Positions 1-14,237 of a DNA stretch of 64,000 nt are shown in pieces; the stretch's first letter is position 1, and every line of letters starts with the position of its first letter. Both the position numbers and the translations under genes were made by a program. The notes below the pieces were generated by a model. The model was not told the origin of the DNA. It searched no databases and saw nothing but the letters and a program-made list of their open reading frames with translations. The stretch spans positions 19,840,225 through 19,904,224 of the forward strand of contig JAUZTB010000048.1 of assembly GCA_034780895.1 (NCBI GenBank). The letters run 5' to 3'. Origin of the DNA: Rhynchobatus australiae (taxonomy: Eukaryota).

Positions 1-2514
1 AAAGCAAATGCATTAAATCCCCATTATGAGCACCATATTTAACTTGATCAGAAATAATCGTTGCATAATGTAGACAAACACAAAACTAATGATGATACCA
101 TGAATAATGCTCATTAAAAACCTGTCGAATTGCTGCTAAACACTCAACCAACATCCTGTGTCGACATCACATAACAGAACACATGAATAGTAGCAGGAAC
201 AACAACTCCCCGATTTAATGGAAATGAATCATTTTCAGGTTAGCTTTTGATTATCCTCCACTGCCTGTCCCTACAATTCTGCAATGTTTTGTGCTTTCTA
301 GGGTTCTTTGAAGTGGCTGAAGTCCATAGGCAGTGGTTTGCCAGATGTTGAATTATGCTTCTAAATAAAGCAGTTTCTACCAGACCTGGGGGTATTAGTA
401 GATAGTTTACTCAGTACAGCAAGTCTTGGAGAATGATCACAGCACACAGAGCAGGACAGACTCCTTGACGAAGAATGAGGAGGTGAGGAAAGGATCTGTG
501 CAGGAAGTTGCATCTGCCCAGGTATTATAGGTGTAATTCTCCTCTCAGTAACTCAGCCAGGTGCAGTACGTGAGACATCTACAATCCATTAAAACTATTG
601 TGATTAAATGTGCCTCAGTACAAGATGAACCTTATTGACAGTGGCTGGAAAAGGTCACCATGTTCATGATCTTCTGTGCATTGGAAAACTTCCATGAAAC
701 ACCTCATGGTTTACCATGTATTGATGTTTTAAGTTAGCTTGCTGCTTGAGAGAGTTGAGTACAATGAGCAGAAACCCTTGTAAAGATTTCAGTCTTCTCT
801 ATGTTGCAGGGTGTCACTGCAAGCACATTGCTTTGCAGGAGTTATACATTGATTCAGTGTCAGACTGGTGAATGATCAAGTGAATGGTGTCATGAAATTC
901 AATTCCTTAAGAACCAGCAGAGCCAACCCTCCTCTCCCATCCCCTCTGCTTCCTGGATAGTGAATTGATAATGAAAACCAGAAACTAGGAGGTCTGTTAG
1001 GAAGGGACAGAACAACTGCAATGTTTCCAATTAGAGTCAAGGGAGGGGAACATGGTAAAAGGATAAAACTCAAGGCTCCTTGCCCAAATGCATGCACCAT
1101 TCGAGATGGTTTTCTAGATCAATATGTTAAGGAACCAATGAGGGAACTGGCTGTTTTTAGAACTGTGTAATGAAAAAAGTTTAGTTAATAATCTGGTAGT
1201 TCTGTTGGGAAGAGAAATCCTAAACTAAAGATTGAAAATTATTCAGTTCAATCTGAAACGGTCTTATATCTAAACAATGGAAACATGTTTGTGGCTTTGG
1301 TTGGCTATGGTAGATTATGAAACTATTTAAAAAGTTTTAAACTTTTTAAACTAAGTTAAAGTATACATTGAGACAGCAACAATCACCATAGGGCTTTCAT
1401 TAGTGCCTGTCTTCCATGTTCCTTTTGTTGTCTTTCGGTAGCTTAATTTGCTGCTGACTTTCAGTAGAAGGGACTTTTGATGACCTTTGAGGATGATCCT
1501 ATAAGGTTTCTCAAATGGACTTGCATTCATCCACACCATCCAATTGATGGCAACAGCAAAGGAACTGGCAGTGTCACAGAGAGAGAATCATGAATTATAT
1601 TATTTTGTGCTCCATGGAGTCACCGCCACTTATCAGGGCTGGTGCCTCAGCCATTCTAGTAATTCACTGTAATTCACACACAGATGAAGGGAGTTAAAGG
1701 TCGACTGTCCATTTCCCTCTACAGATGCTGCCTGACCCACTCAGTTCCTCCAGCAGCTTGTCTTTTTTTTGCTCCAGATTCCGGCATCTGCAGTCTCTTG
1801 TGTCTCCAAAGAGAATGATAACCATGCTTATTTTAATGCTTTTAATTGTTCCAGGTGGTTTGAATTTTAATTTTGTTTAGCTAATTTGGAAAGAAACACT
1901 CAGAAGTATCCATTTTCTTCGGCTGCCAAAGCCTGGGAGACCACTCCATTAACTGTTCAGCTTTTTCAACTATTTTGTGAGCAGGGCTTGGTTTGGCCTG
2001 CCCATGTGATGCCATTACATTGTACAAGGCCCTGCCATTGCACAGGATTTGCTGTTTGGGATCACAATGCTGCTTTCCAGCAGCATTAGACATTTGAAGA
2101 TATTTGCAGTGACCTTGACCACGTAAGGTAGTTAAACCTGCACCAAGATCCTTGGGGCTTGATGTTGTCATCAGCTCCACAGCTGTCTACTCCCACTGCC
2201 TCCATAGTGTATGCCCAGAGGACATTCTGGCTCCCTGAGGAAAGAAGACGTGTTCTAGTTTACACCTCCAGTGCTGTTCTCCCTAGGGTTGTGCCTTTCT
2301 GTCTCCCAGGTCATAATGAACTTCTACATACCTGCCTTTGGCCACAACCATCCATCCTTGAAACCTCCAGTGCTTAATGAAATTGGGACTGATGAGGTTT
2401 AATCAGAATACGTAGATGATGTGCACAAAGATCCAAAGCTCTTTTAATATTAGAAAATAGTATCTGCCAACTGCAGAAGCACTGGGGGTATGTAATTTCA
2501 ATGGCACCATTAAA

Positions 2515-3020
2515 GGTGCTGCCTTGCAGCCCCAGTGACCCAGGTTCAATCCTGACATCCAGCTCTCAGTGTGTGGAGTTCACATGTTCTCCCCATGACC
2601 TCGTGGGTTTCCTCCACGTGCTGTGATTTCCTCCCACATCCCAAACACGAGCAGGTTAGTAGATTAATTGTCCACTGTAAATTGACCACTGTAAGTTGCC
2701 CCTAGTGTGTAGATGACTGTTTAATTTTGAGGGGAGTTGATGGGAATGTTAGAAGAATGAAATGGGATTAGTGTAAATGGGTGCTCGATGGTCAGTGCAC
2801 ATTCAGTAGGCCAAAGGGCCTCTTTCTGTGCTGTATTTTGGGGAGGGGGGGGATTAGAAATAAGGGCAGCATAGTGGCCTAGCTAGTAGAGCTGCTGCCT
2901 CACAGTGTCAGAGATCTAGGTTCAATCCTGACCTCCAGTGCTGTGTGTGTGGAGTTTGCATATTCTCTTGTGAGCCTGCTTCCCTCCAAGTTCTCCGGTT
3001 TCCTTCCATGTCCTGAAAGT
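2515..3020 (+). mobile_element. Two tandem tRNA-derived V-SINEs (HE1-like), about 2515-2838 and 2863-3020
   Basis: B-box GGTTCAATCC plus V-domain GTGTGGAGTTTGCA..TTCTCCCC..GTGGGTTT. Confidence 0.8.
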
Positions 3021-4895
3021 TATTTTTTAAAAAATGCTAAAGGTAACCACACATACTTAGCAGCATACAGAATGTTGTTACTGGATTAATTTCTCAAGTT
3101 GCTGTAAAGGCTGTGTATGTCTTAGTTAATGTAAGCCACTATGCACATAATGAGTTGCTCACTTCTCTCCATTTTTATGAGCCGAAATTTGTAATTTTAT
3201 TTTAAACACACATACAGCAATGGTTATCCTGCGTAATGCCAATGCCTTGTGGCTCACAACATATGAACATTCTATCCCACCTGAAAGCCAAATGATCTCT
3301 TGGGAAAGGCAAAAAAAAGCAAAATCCCAGGCAAAAAAAATCTGGAAAACTTGTTCCTAATCTTTCTAGATGCCGATGTTGTGTGGTACCCATCTTTATA
3401 CAAGGTTACTCTCCTTTTTCCTTCCCCACCCCAACCTGAACCAGATTCAGCTTTCACTGAATCAATGTACACCACATTATTTTCTTCCATTGGTCCACTA
3501 CTGTCTGGAGAAAAGGCCAGTATCTAAGAACTATTTCTATACTATACGAGTAAAATTTGTTACATTCTTGTTGTTTATCAGTTAGTGTGGATGTGTAATG
3601 TTTCTCCACATGCAATTAAATATGAAGCTATATATTTAAAAACACAAGTTACTTGACTCTTGAGGGGAAAAAGTACAGAACTCCTGGCATGTACCAGTTG
3701 GTTGTTGGGCTCCCTTGGGTATGTTTTCTACCCAGTCCTGTGTCATAATGTGCTACATGCTGTGGTAGTGTACAATCCCAGTAGTGCAGTTTGTTCTAGG
3801 GCTAAAAAAATTCCACCTGTAAGATGAAGCCAATTCCCTTCTGAAGCATTATAGTTGAGTATTTTTCATTGAAGATCTACCCATTACTTTCAATCAGAAA
3901 AGTGTTGAAATGGAATTTGATACTAGTAGTATGTTATATACCTGTAATTCTTGAATTCTAAATTATGAATCAAATTCCCAAGCTTAAGTTTGATTTTCTG
4001 GATGAGGGCATCATTCTAGTAAAAATAAGTGCAAAATGTAAATTGTAATTGTGTAACACCATCCTTTTGTCTCGTTGTAGTACTAACAACTGCTTTGTCT
4101 GATTGTGAGCGTGCTATGTTGGTGCCGGAAGAGTGGCAACACTTGCGGGCTGCCCCCAAAACACTACGCAAAAAATGCACTTCACTGTGTGTTTCGATGT
4201 ACATGTGACTAATAAAGATATATCCTATCTTATCCCAGGTGCTATGCAACTCTTTAAGTTTGCATCATGTCCCTTGATGCCTAATTTACATTGTTAGGTC
4301 AATGAATGTTATAGTGTGAAGGGCAAAATCACCTAAGTTGGAGAAGAAAAAAATTGAAGGCTGCATCCTTCAATATTGACTGTTGATTACGTACCATGCT
4401 AACATCATAGGCTAGGAAAGGCACCTGAGGAGACCATTTGACCCCTATGGTCCAATCTTTTACTTTGAGAAGAACAATCCCAGCCGAACCAATCATTACC
4501 CATAACGAGTCCTCGTCTGTAAAACCAACCTGGAAAATCTTTTCTGCACCTACTTTAAGTTGCTTTAATACCTTTATATCTTTCCTAATGTGTTATGATT
4601 AGAATTGGATGCAGTCCTCCAGTTTTATCAATACCAGTGTTTTGTAATATAATTAAGTTGCTTGCTTTTTTACTGTATGGACAAGCACAGAGGTTGCTCT
4701 GCACCTGCACCCCTTTTGAGGGCTGTACAGTCCTGATCTGCGACTTGATTTTGCAATCAAAGAAGGCAAAGATATAACACAAAATTAGTCTGTTTAGTAT
4801 ATTAAATCTTGAGTTCTTTTACTTGGAAATTATTCTTAACTTTCTGTGCAGTAATTGCTTATTTTCTCAGCTTAATATAATGTATTTATTTACAG

Positions 4896-4993
4896 CTTCA
4901 TCTTTGAATTATTTGCAAAAGCCCAAATTACTTTTCAAAACAAGTCTGCAATTTTAGAAGCATTGGAACAGATTATGAGTGCTCTGTCAGAAC
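4896..4993 (+). CDS. RTEL1: RTEL1 exon (human exon 13 equivalent), FIFELFAKAQITFQNKSAILEALEQIMSALSE
   Basis: tttacag|...AAC|gtaagt; 98 nt; resembles human YIFELFAEAQITFQTK. Confidence 0.93.
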
Positions 4994-6274
4994 GTAAGTA
5001 TTTGTGCTTCATTTTAATTTTGTGTGTCCTTCATACAAATACTAGCTGAGAAATTTCATTGAATAGTTAACATTTACATTATTGGAAAATGGTTCTCAAA
5101 GTGCAACCTAAGCAATCATACAATCTGGGTTGTCCTTCGCTATTGATGAAACATGTGAGATCTACTTCCTTGTAACTTCAGGAAGATAAGTAGGACAGTG
5201 GGAACTCTTTCTTGCACTTCCCTAAATGGAACCTCTATACTGTCACACCCCTTGTCCACATTGGCCACAGGCCACACAGCCAGTGGCATCCTGCTTTCCC
5301 CTCTCCAAGCCTGATCACTAACACTCAAGCACCTACTGCCTTCTTCCCACCCATCCCAAGCAGCTAATGATAACCATCTCTCTGACACCACTTACAGCAG
5401 ATTCACAACCAACCGGTTTTCCTCAGCACATTTTGCAATAGCAGTACATGTGATGGGAAGACCTTTGAGCATATTAGTTGAATTAGGGTGACTTAGTTGT
5501 GCATGATGCCTTGAGCCATGCATATAGCAGAAGTATGCATGTTTGGCCATTGGGGAATGAGTGGAAGTGAAGAAGAGAGAAGTAGGAAAATTCTTTGGCC
5601 CACTAACCTTTGCAATTTGATACATGTTTCTAGCTGCCAAAGATTTTCCTACTTGCTGCATTTCAGATTGTTTCCTTATAAATTTCTTCACTAAACATTA
5701 ACCATTTATAATACAAATACAGCTTTGAAGTATTAATGAATGAACATGTTTGTATAGTGTGGTGTATGTTTAAACTTGGTGTTAAATACCTTAGCTGATA
5801 TGGTTCAGGGGTAAACTGCTCAATATTAGAAATAAAAAATCTGTTTCCCCTATATGAGACTCAAAAGGGGAAGAGATGAACTGTCAGTTGCTACAGATAG
5901 CACTATTAATCTTAATAGTTTAAAGTAATTTGTACAATGGCATCCTGTATAAATAGTTAATCTGCTTGTAATGACCTCGATTGCTTCAGGTGTTCACATT
6001 AATACCTTTTACACATATGTATGCACCCTTATTATTTTAGTTCATGTTTATTCGTCAGCCAGGGCATTATTTGATTTTACTTAGAAGAATAATGCTAAAG
6101 TGGAGTATAACAAAGTCTGCTACCACCATCTGAAGTGTGTTTCTGATGTTGAAGCCAGTCACCTTTCTCTTCACCCACTGTTCTCTCTGGAAAGTTACCA
6201 AGGAATTTATTGATTAAAACAATAACAACATTGGAGCATGAAGTTAAAATAAGTTCTTCATTCACTTACCTTAG

Positions 6275-6330
6275 GTGGTGGAATATTCACCAATACAAGT
6301 GGATTGCAAAAGTTAGCTGATATTCTGCAG
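6275..6330 (+). CDS. RTEL1: RTEL1 exon (exon 14 equivalent), GGIFTNTSGLQKLADILQ
   Basis: ccttag|...CAG|gtaaga; 56 nt; phase fits both neighbours. Confidence 0.93.
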
Positions 6331-6439
6331 GTAAGATGTTCTTGTCAAATTATGATACCATGTTTTTTGTATATATTAAAAAAGGCAATGTTTTTAGAGC
6401 TCAAAGTTGCTGAGTTTACAAGCAGTGCTTCAATCTGAT

Positions 6440-7470
6440 TAACTGGAGCAAGACAAAACTGCAGATACTAGAAATCGGAAACAAAAGCAAAAATGCCAGA
6501 AGCACTCTGGGACAAGCAACATTCTTGGAGAATGAAACAGTCAGTGTTTCAGATCGCCAGACGTAGAAAATGAGAAAATAAGCATTTTTAAGTTTCAGAA
6601 ATGGGAGGGGTGGAGAGAATATACAGAATATTTNNNNNNNNNNCAAGGTAACTACTGAACAGAGAAGAAATAAAGGAACTAGTTGAAACAGAAATATGCA
6701 GAAACGTGTGGAGGAAGGAAACAAGAGATAGTTACTTGAAAATGAGTTAAACATCTAATACCAAAGGCTACACTGTGCCCAAATGGGCTCGTATTTCTTG
6801 AACTTGTGATAGGCATCATTGGAATAGCGTACATGGCCAAATATGGTCAGGGTGGTAGTTGGATGGAGAATTAAAGTGATAGGTGAATGAAAATTCAGAA
6901 TCACCCTTGCAGACTGAGTGGAAGTGTTCTGCAAAGCAGATGCCCAATCTACATTTAATTTCTCCAGTGACTATGGTGGGCACAATGTGCAATTAACTAA
7001 ATTGAAAGAACTGCAAGTGATTTGTAGCTTCACTAGAAGGATTACTTTAGTCCCATGATGGTGGGAATAGAAGAGGCAAAAGGGGAGGTGAGGCACCTCC
7101 TGCCATTGCAGGAGTTAATGCTGTGAGAAGGAAAAGTTGGATGGAGGTGGAAAAGTAAACTGAGAAGAGGGCGGTCTTTTCAGAATGCTGAAAGGGGAGC
7201 AGAAGATATTTCTAGTGGTAGCATCATGTAGAAGGTGGCAGAGATTACAGAGAATGATCCATCAATTGTGGAGTCTGGCGGTGACTTGTGAGGATGAAGG
7301 GGATCCTGTTCTTCTGGCTGGACACAAGTGGGTGAGAGCAGTAGTGCGGCAAGTGGAAGAGATGCAGTTCGGAGCCCTTTCACTGCAGGAGGGAAAGCCA
7401 TGATTAAGGAAGAATTAAGATATCTCAAAGGCAATGATATGGAAAGATTCATAATCAGAACGGATACGAC
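6440..7470 (-). mobile_element. Penelope-like element remnant (GIY-YIG end plus terminal repeat)
   Basis: Reverse complement reads GE..RLG..FAEH and LxPxGxxxL-like motifs; typical terminal gatgctg/ctgcagtt repeat. Confidence 0.65.
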
Positions 7471-7477
7471 AGACACA

Positions 7478-8003
7478 TCTTCCCCTCCCCTTTCAACGTT
7501 CTGAAGAGACCATTCCTTTTGTAAATCCCAGGTTTTCTCTTCCATCTCTGCCAACTATCCTTGCAGTACTTTCCCACACAACGACTGGAGATGCAATATT
7601 TCCCCTTATACTACTTTCTTTCCACCATCCAGGAACCCAAGTAGTCCTTCCAGGTGAAATAGTAATTCACTCGCACTTTTTCAATTGCATTTAGTGCTCA
7701 TGACGTGGTCTCCTCTGTACAGGAGAAACCAAATGCAGATTTGGTGATTACTTTGTAGCACATCTCTTCTTTCTCTGACTGTCAGCGTTTAAAGTAATAG
7801 TCCACCTGGCAACGTTGGTTTGTCCCCATCACAGATATCCCCCAGTTATCTCCACTCCTCCCATTTTATACTATTTAAATCCAGCAGATTTTCTTTCTTT
7901 ACAATTCTGGTGAAGGGCCATTGACCTGAAGCTCTGACTCTGTTTCTCTCTGCATGGCAGCTGCCTGACCTGCTGTGTATTTCTGGCATTTACTATTTTT
8001 GCT
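7478..8003 (+). mobile_element. Penelope-like element remnant, inverted relative to the previous one
   Basis: CI*CS*RGLLCTGETKCRFGDYFVAHL at about 7690-7770 matches the decayed GIY-YIG motif CIRCSRCGLLYIGETKRRLGDRFAEHL; terminal repeat 7907-8000. Confidence 0.75.
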
Positions 8004-9689
8004 GCAATCCGAAAAGCAGTCAAGAGAGTTCATTAGACATTAGATATAGGTGAGGTAACTGCTCACCTAACTGCTCCAAAAGGTTGGAGAGAACTGCTGA
8101 CATTCCTGCAAAAGGAGACTTCAGGTTCAGCAGAAGAAGTGATATTCTGCTGAGTTATGCAATATTTGCCTTTGTGTAATCTCCTCCTGATAATGAGCTT
8201 GAAAAAATTGATTAATCATAATGTGGTTTGCACTATTTATAATGTTAAGATGTAGAACCAACATTCAACAAAAGTACTGCTCTCTGCTGGAATGAGGAAA
8301 TTAATTTTGTAGATTGTGAAAGAAGCTCATGACAGCAGTTCATTGTGGTTATTTAAATAGTATTTGAAAACTAATGCTTCATCTGAATAAAACGAAAATA
8401 ATAAAGTTTGAAACCACAAAACTATATTAGAAACATAATTGTCAGCTTGTCATTTGACTGTTTAATTGCTGAAGTTGTATGGATGGTCATTTTATGTTAA
8501 TACCACATGCTCCTGATATCATTAGTATCAGCATAAAATGATGTGACAATAAAATAATTGAAATGTATTCAAAATAGAATGCTAATTGTTTTGAACATGA
8601 AATGTATGAGGTTATCAAGCTTGCGTTCCATTTGCTGTTCAATGACAAGGGTTTTAAACTCTTGGGGATAACAGCAGATTTTTAAAATTTATTTTAAATT
8701 TTATTTACAGCGTGGTAACAGGCCCTTCCGGCCCAACGAGTCCACGCCTCCCATTTTAAACCCATGCTAATCTACCCGTATGTCTTTGGAATGTGGGANN
8801 NNNNNNNNNNNNNNNNNNNNNNNNNNNNNNNNNNNNNNNNNNNNNNNNNNNNNNNNNNNNNNNNNNNNNNNNNNNNNNNNNNNNNNNNNNNNNNNNNNNN
8901 NNNNNNNNNNNNNNNNNNNNNNNNNNNNNNNNNNNNNNNNNNNNNNNNNNNNNNNNNNNNNNNNNNNNNNNNNNNNNNNNNNNNNNNNNNNNNNNNNNNN
9001 NNNNNNNNNNNNNNNNNNNNNNNNNNNNNNNNNNNNNNNNNNNNNNNNNNNNNNNNNNNNNNNNNNNNNNNNNNNNNNNNNNNNNNNNNNNNNNNNNNNN
9101 NNNNNNNNNNNNNNNNNNNNNNNNNNNNNNNNNNNNNNNNNNNNNNNNNNNNNNNNNNNNNNNNNNNNNNNNNNNNNNNNNNNNNNNNNNNNNNNNNNNN
9201 NNNNNNNNNNNNNNNNNNNNNNNNNNNNNNNNNNNNNNNNNNNNNNNNNNNNNNNNNNNNNNNNNNNNNNNNNNNNNNNNNNNNNNNNNNNNNNNNNNNN
9301 NNNNNNNNNNNNNNNNNNNNNNNNNNNNNNNNNNNNNNNNNNNNNNNNNNNNNNNNNGCTTGAGTTTTTTTAAGGGGTGACTAAGCAAATAGAAATGTCT
9401 ACAAATGTTATTTTTAAGCACTTCTGGAAATCATGAGATAAAATAAGTCAGCAGACACTGTTGGCTAAAGTTGGAATGGAATTGAAAACAACTTATTGGC
9501 CAGATTTAGAGAATTTCCTGGGTGGCAGTCAGCAAGATGTGCTCTGGTAGGATGTAAGAAGTGCCATTTCACACAAACATAAGAATAAGAAGCAGGAGTA
9601 GACCACTTGCCCCAACTGTAATTCAGTAATATCATGGCTCTTCAATCCATCGAGTCTCTCAGAGCAATTCCAATGTCTCACTTATTTAC

Positions 9690-9930
9690 CTGTAATCTAT
9701 TCTTTCACGTGCCCAGCAACTCTACCTGATTCACCTACCATTTGCCAACAATTGGAGGTAATTTACACTACCAGTTAACCTACCAGCCAGCATGTCCTTG
9801 TGATGTGGGAGGAAACCTGAGCACCCAGGGAAAATCCATGCAGTCACGGAGAATATGCAAACTGTACAGAGGCAGCACTGTAAGTCAGCACCAGAACTGT
9901 GAAGCAGCTGCTTTAACTGCTGTGCCACCC
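9690..9930 (-). mobile_element. V-SINE, antisense
   Basis: tgtgggaggaaacc..gagcacc..atgcaaact pattern. Confidence 0.7.
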
Positions 9931-10003
9931 ATTATTACAGTTGGTGATACTACAATATTGTTGTAATAAATCAGTCTTACTGATAATAGGTCTTTCTTTT
10001 CAG

Positions 10004-10078
10004 ATTGTTTTTTGCATAGATCCCCCTGAGGGTACTACTCAAGACACAAAGGGACTGAATGCAGCCAAACATTACAAG
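10004..10078 (+). CDS. RTEL1: RTEL1 exon (exon 15 equivalent), IVFCIDPPEGTTQDTKGLNAAKHYK
   Basis: ttttcag|...AAG|gttatt; 75 nt. Confidence 0.9.
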
Positions 10079-10552
10079 GTTATTGAATTTTATTTTATTT
10101 TAGAAACTGTGTTCCAGCATATTTTTTGATCAGGTAGGTCATCATAACTTCTGTGAAATGTTTGGTTGTTTTGTAACATTATCGATTCTCTTATTCGCAT
10201 CCTTATGAGGGTTATGGGAAATGTGCAGTCTAAATTTAGACATGGTCTGAAAGTTACAGTATGGTTACTAGAGTATGTCTCCTGTATATTTAGANNNNNN
10301 NNNNNNNNNNNNNNNNNNNNNNNNNNNNNNNNNNNNNNNNNNNNNNNNNNNNNNNNNNNNNNNNNNNNNNNNNNNNNNNNNNNNNNNNNNNNNNAACCAT
10401 ATATTGCCACATGTAAATTTGTTTACCAGCTTAAAATGATGGTGGCACTGTACTATCTGTTGTTTGCTCATGAATATGTTTTCTCATTGTTTTAACAGCC
10501 ACTAATTCCATTTTACTGCTGTATGAATAACTGCAGTTTTTAATTTCACTAG

Positions 10553-10631
10553 GTTCACATACACCCAGATAACAGTGGAAACAAGAAGAAACAGAGAACT
10601 GATTTATGGACTTCATCAGTTACAAAAGAAG
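10553..10631 (+). CDS. RTEL1: RTEL1 exon (exon 16 equivalent), VHIHPDNSGNKKKQRTDLWTSSVTKE
   Basis: cactag|...AAG|gtacaa; 79 nt; conserved VHIHPD start. Confidence 0.92.
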
Positions 10632-13561
10632 GTACAAATTAATAGGAATAGTTTAACCTCCAATGCAGGATAGTGCCATTTTTTTTTAATAAAAAAGTAA
10701 ATTATTTAATCATGTGCTGCTTATGAGGTCGAAATGTGTGTAAAATAATTGACATATTTCCCAATTTGCAACAAATGTCTGCACTTTAAAGCAAGCATTC
10801 TAAGAGATCCAACAAGATGCTGACTAAATTTAATTTTCTTTCACAAAATCTATTGCCAATTGGTGAAACTTTTTTAAAATTTGCAGAACAGAAATGGAAT
10901 ATTTCNNNNNNNNNNNNNNNNNNNNNNNNNNNNNNNNNNNNNNNNNNNNNNNNNNNNNNNNNNNNNNNNNNNNNNNNNNNNNNNNNNNNNNNNNNNNNNN
11001 NNNNNTCACCATGTTGCTTCATGTTTGTATTGATGCTGCATGTAGACTTCCAGTTATATTTCCAAACCAGAATGATGTGCATCTTGGATGGGAACCTGCA
11101 GGTGGTTCATCCCTTGCCCTTGTCCTCCTTGGTGGTAGAGACCAAGACATGGAGTAGCCCAGCTGAATAACTGTAGTACATTTTGTAAATGGTACACACA
11201 GCAGTCACTGTGTATAAGTGGTGGAGGAATGAATTTTTAGGGTGATTTATGGGGTATCATTTATTTGTGACTGTCTTATATTTATGGTGTTATGTTGATT
11301 TTTTTTCTCCCATCTTTCTTCCACCTGCCTGCCATGGACCCACCCATACCACTGTCCCCAATAAATCTTTCAGAATTTTTAAAGACCTCCACTTGGTCAT
11401 TCCCTCAGTCTTTTCTGGAAAAAAAAGAGTTTAAGCCTGTGCTAGCATAAAGTAAATCTGGAAACACTTGTATCCAATACCCACAGTATTGAAGATTTCA
11501 AAGCCTATTTTAAAAAAAAGGAAATGTAATTACAACACAAATTCGATATCACTAAACCAGATCATTATCTTTCTTTTCTATTAAACAAACAGACAACAGG
11601 TAGCAGAATATATTGGATTCTGACAGCACTCTGATCAATTTTGCAAACACTAAAAGCTCATAATAATACAGCACAGAAGAAGCTTATTCAGCTTTGCATA
11701 CGTACAGGCAATCTGAAACAACCATCTAATTGGTACCGCTCTCCTGCTCTTTGTTTCATAGCTCTGCAAATATTTAATTTGCTATAAATCTGAAAAAAAA
11801 ATTAGTATTCATGTGGGCCTGTATCCTCCAATACAAATCCCTTGGAGAGAAACAAATGAATAAGTAAGGGGTAGCATAATTGCAGAGCCGTTGAGATTAA
11901 CATGGGTGGAGGATATGGTGAAGAGGGAGATGGAGCTGGGATGGACCGTAAAGCCAAGAAAAAGTTACCCAGACACCATCAGAATTAGCTCTGAACTTGC
12001 TTTGTTGATATTGAGCTTCAAGTAATTTTTTAAAAAAATTCNNNNNNNNNNNNNNNNNNNNNNNNNNNNNNNNNNNNNNNNNNNNNNNNNNNCATCTTGG
12101 AAGTGATTTATTAAGGTTGCCAGAAAATGACCTTTACGTAATTACAATGATAAACCATCAAGTGTTTCATCTGATCCTGTGAACATCATTTTGTACATAG
12201 TACTTACTGGTGTTTGAAGCCCTGCTTTTAAAATTCACCAGTGCAGTGAAATTGTATGTGGGGCTTGGAACTGTTTATGCAACCTACTGTTGGTATATAT
12301 TTAAGTCATTGTTAATTTAATCCTGCCACACAGCCTTGGTCAGATGGCGACAACTGCAGTAGTGTAGCCAGAGTAAGTAATTCAGGTACTATATTGTTTA
12401 TGATTGCATGTATTTGCTAGTGTGAACAAATAAATCAAGATATAATTTATCTAAGAAATAATGTATTCATGCTGCTGTTTGTGTAATGAGCCATTTTCAG
12501 AAGCTCCAGATTAGCTGGCTGAGAGTTAAGTTCCAAACAATGCAGTTTTGTATAACTCTTTGAAGTGTTTTAATGTAGTGACAGGAGAAGGCTACATGCT
12601 GGTTGGAGCTACAAAAACTTAGTAACATCAACTTAAAGTTCACAAACTTTTGTGGAGGAAAATAAGGAGGCATTTCTTCCCATGGAGCATGAAATACTTG
12701 GCCACAGGGNNNNNNNNNNNNNNNNNNNNNNNNNNNNNNNNNNNNNNNNNNNNNNNNNNNNNNNNNNNNNNNNNNNNNNNNNNNNNNNNNNNNNNNNNNN
12801 NNNNNNNNNNNNNNNNNNNNNNNNNNNNNNNNNNNNNNNNNNNNNNNNNNNNNNNNNNNNNNNNNNNNNNNNNNNNNNNNNNNNNNNNNNNNNNNNNNNN
12901 NNNNNNNNNNNNNNNNNNNNNNNNNNNNNNNNNNGTAGTTCATAGGCTAAGGGAAAGACTTTGTTACATGATAACAATAGAATTTTGTTCCCATTTTATG
13001 CACATTAAAATGCTTATTATAAAAATTAATATTTAGACCTAATATTTATGTCCAATTAAAGGTACCGTGTATATTACATGAATGGATGCATGTTATGTAC
13101 TTAGTTGAATAAATTGTGTCCAAATTACAGTGGACATGTCATGCACAATTTTGCATATGAATCATCATCGATTCATTTTTATTGAAATGATGGATGTGAG
13201 GGTATCTATAGCAAGACGAGCATTTATTGCCATCCCTAACTACCCTTGAGAAGTTGATGGATGGTGAACTACCTTCTTGAACTCCTGGATTCCTTGTGGT
13301 GACAGTACCAGTATTTAGGACCTGTAACACAATAAGCAACAATATACTTGTGTCAGGATAGTATATGACTTCTTTGTGTGAATACATTCCTCAGTATTTA
13401 AATTGTAGAGAGGAGATATAAAACATTGAGACAAATGATTTATTGGTAGAACTTAAATGTTTGTTATTAAGCTACAAATATATCTGATAGTATTTTTTCG
13501 ATGTATTTAAGTTTATTGCATTCATTCATAAATTCATTTGTTGGTATTTTCATTTTGACAG

Positions 13562-13694
13562 GAAAAATCTTAAGTTATTGGTGCTTCTGCCCTGGGTACA
13601 GTATGGCTGAGTTAGTTCGCCAGGGGGTTCGGTCCATCATCCTCACAAGTGGTACTCTTTCTCCACTGTCCTCTTTCACATCAGAAATGCAAAT
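13562..13694 (+). CDS. RTEL1: RTEL1 exon (exon 17 equivalent), [43 protein letters not shown] (helicase motif III)
   Basis: tgacag|...AT|gtgagt; 133 nt; LTSGTLSP motif. Confidence 0.96.
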
Positions 13695-14237
13695 GTGAGT
13701 GTGGTTGTTGCCTTTTGCTGCCTTTTTCACATTACCGGCTGAAAATTATCTGCACTTTAGATGTATAAAATAATAATAATATGTATAACTTTAATTTTTA
13801 AAGTTCAGTGGGTCTAAATGTTTTTTTTGTATTGGTTCAAAATGAAACAATAATTAAGAGTTATAATATCTGGTTATTTAATTCATGTATTATTTTATTT
13901 AAAAGTTTTAGCTTGTGCTTAGTAACATTATTTTGAAATATTACTCAATTGTATTATACAGATGTTAGACCTAACAGGAAATTAGAGGTGATATCATTCT
14001 TTAAAAAATACATACCTTGTGACTTATTCCAAAAAAATCACTATCTAAATTAGGAAAAGTTTTTAATGAATGCTTCTTATTTCTAATGTAACTATGATCT
14101 TGGAATAATTTTGTTAATAATTAAATTTGTGTGCTAGGTATTGCAGTCTTGCCAGGGTTAAATGTTTATTCTTTGAACAAAAGTACAAGTATGTAACACT
14201 ATTACATTTGTATTAATGCTGCCATGATCTTTCTAAG

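Noticed and set aside
2863-2935. tRNA-like A/B boxes here and at about 36765-36832
   Set aside because: SINE heads followed by V-domain bodies, not tRNA genes
8756-9421. Long ORFs here, at 23170-23851 and at 12497-13036
   Set aside because: Made almost entirely of X from N gaps
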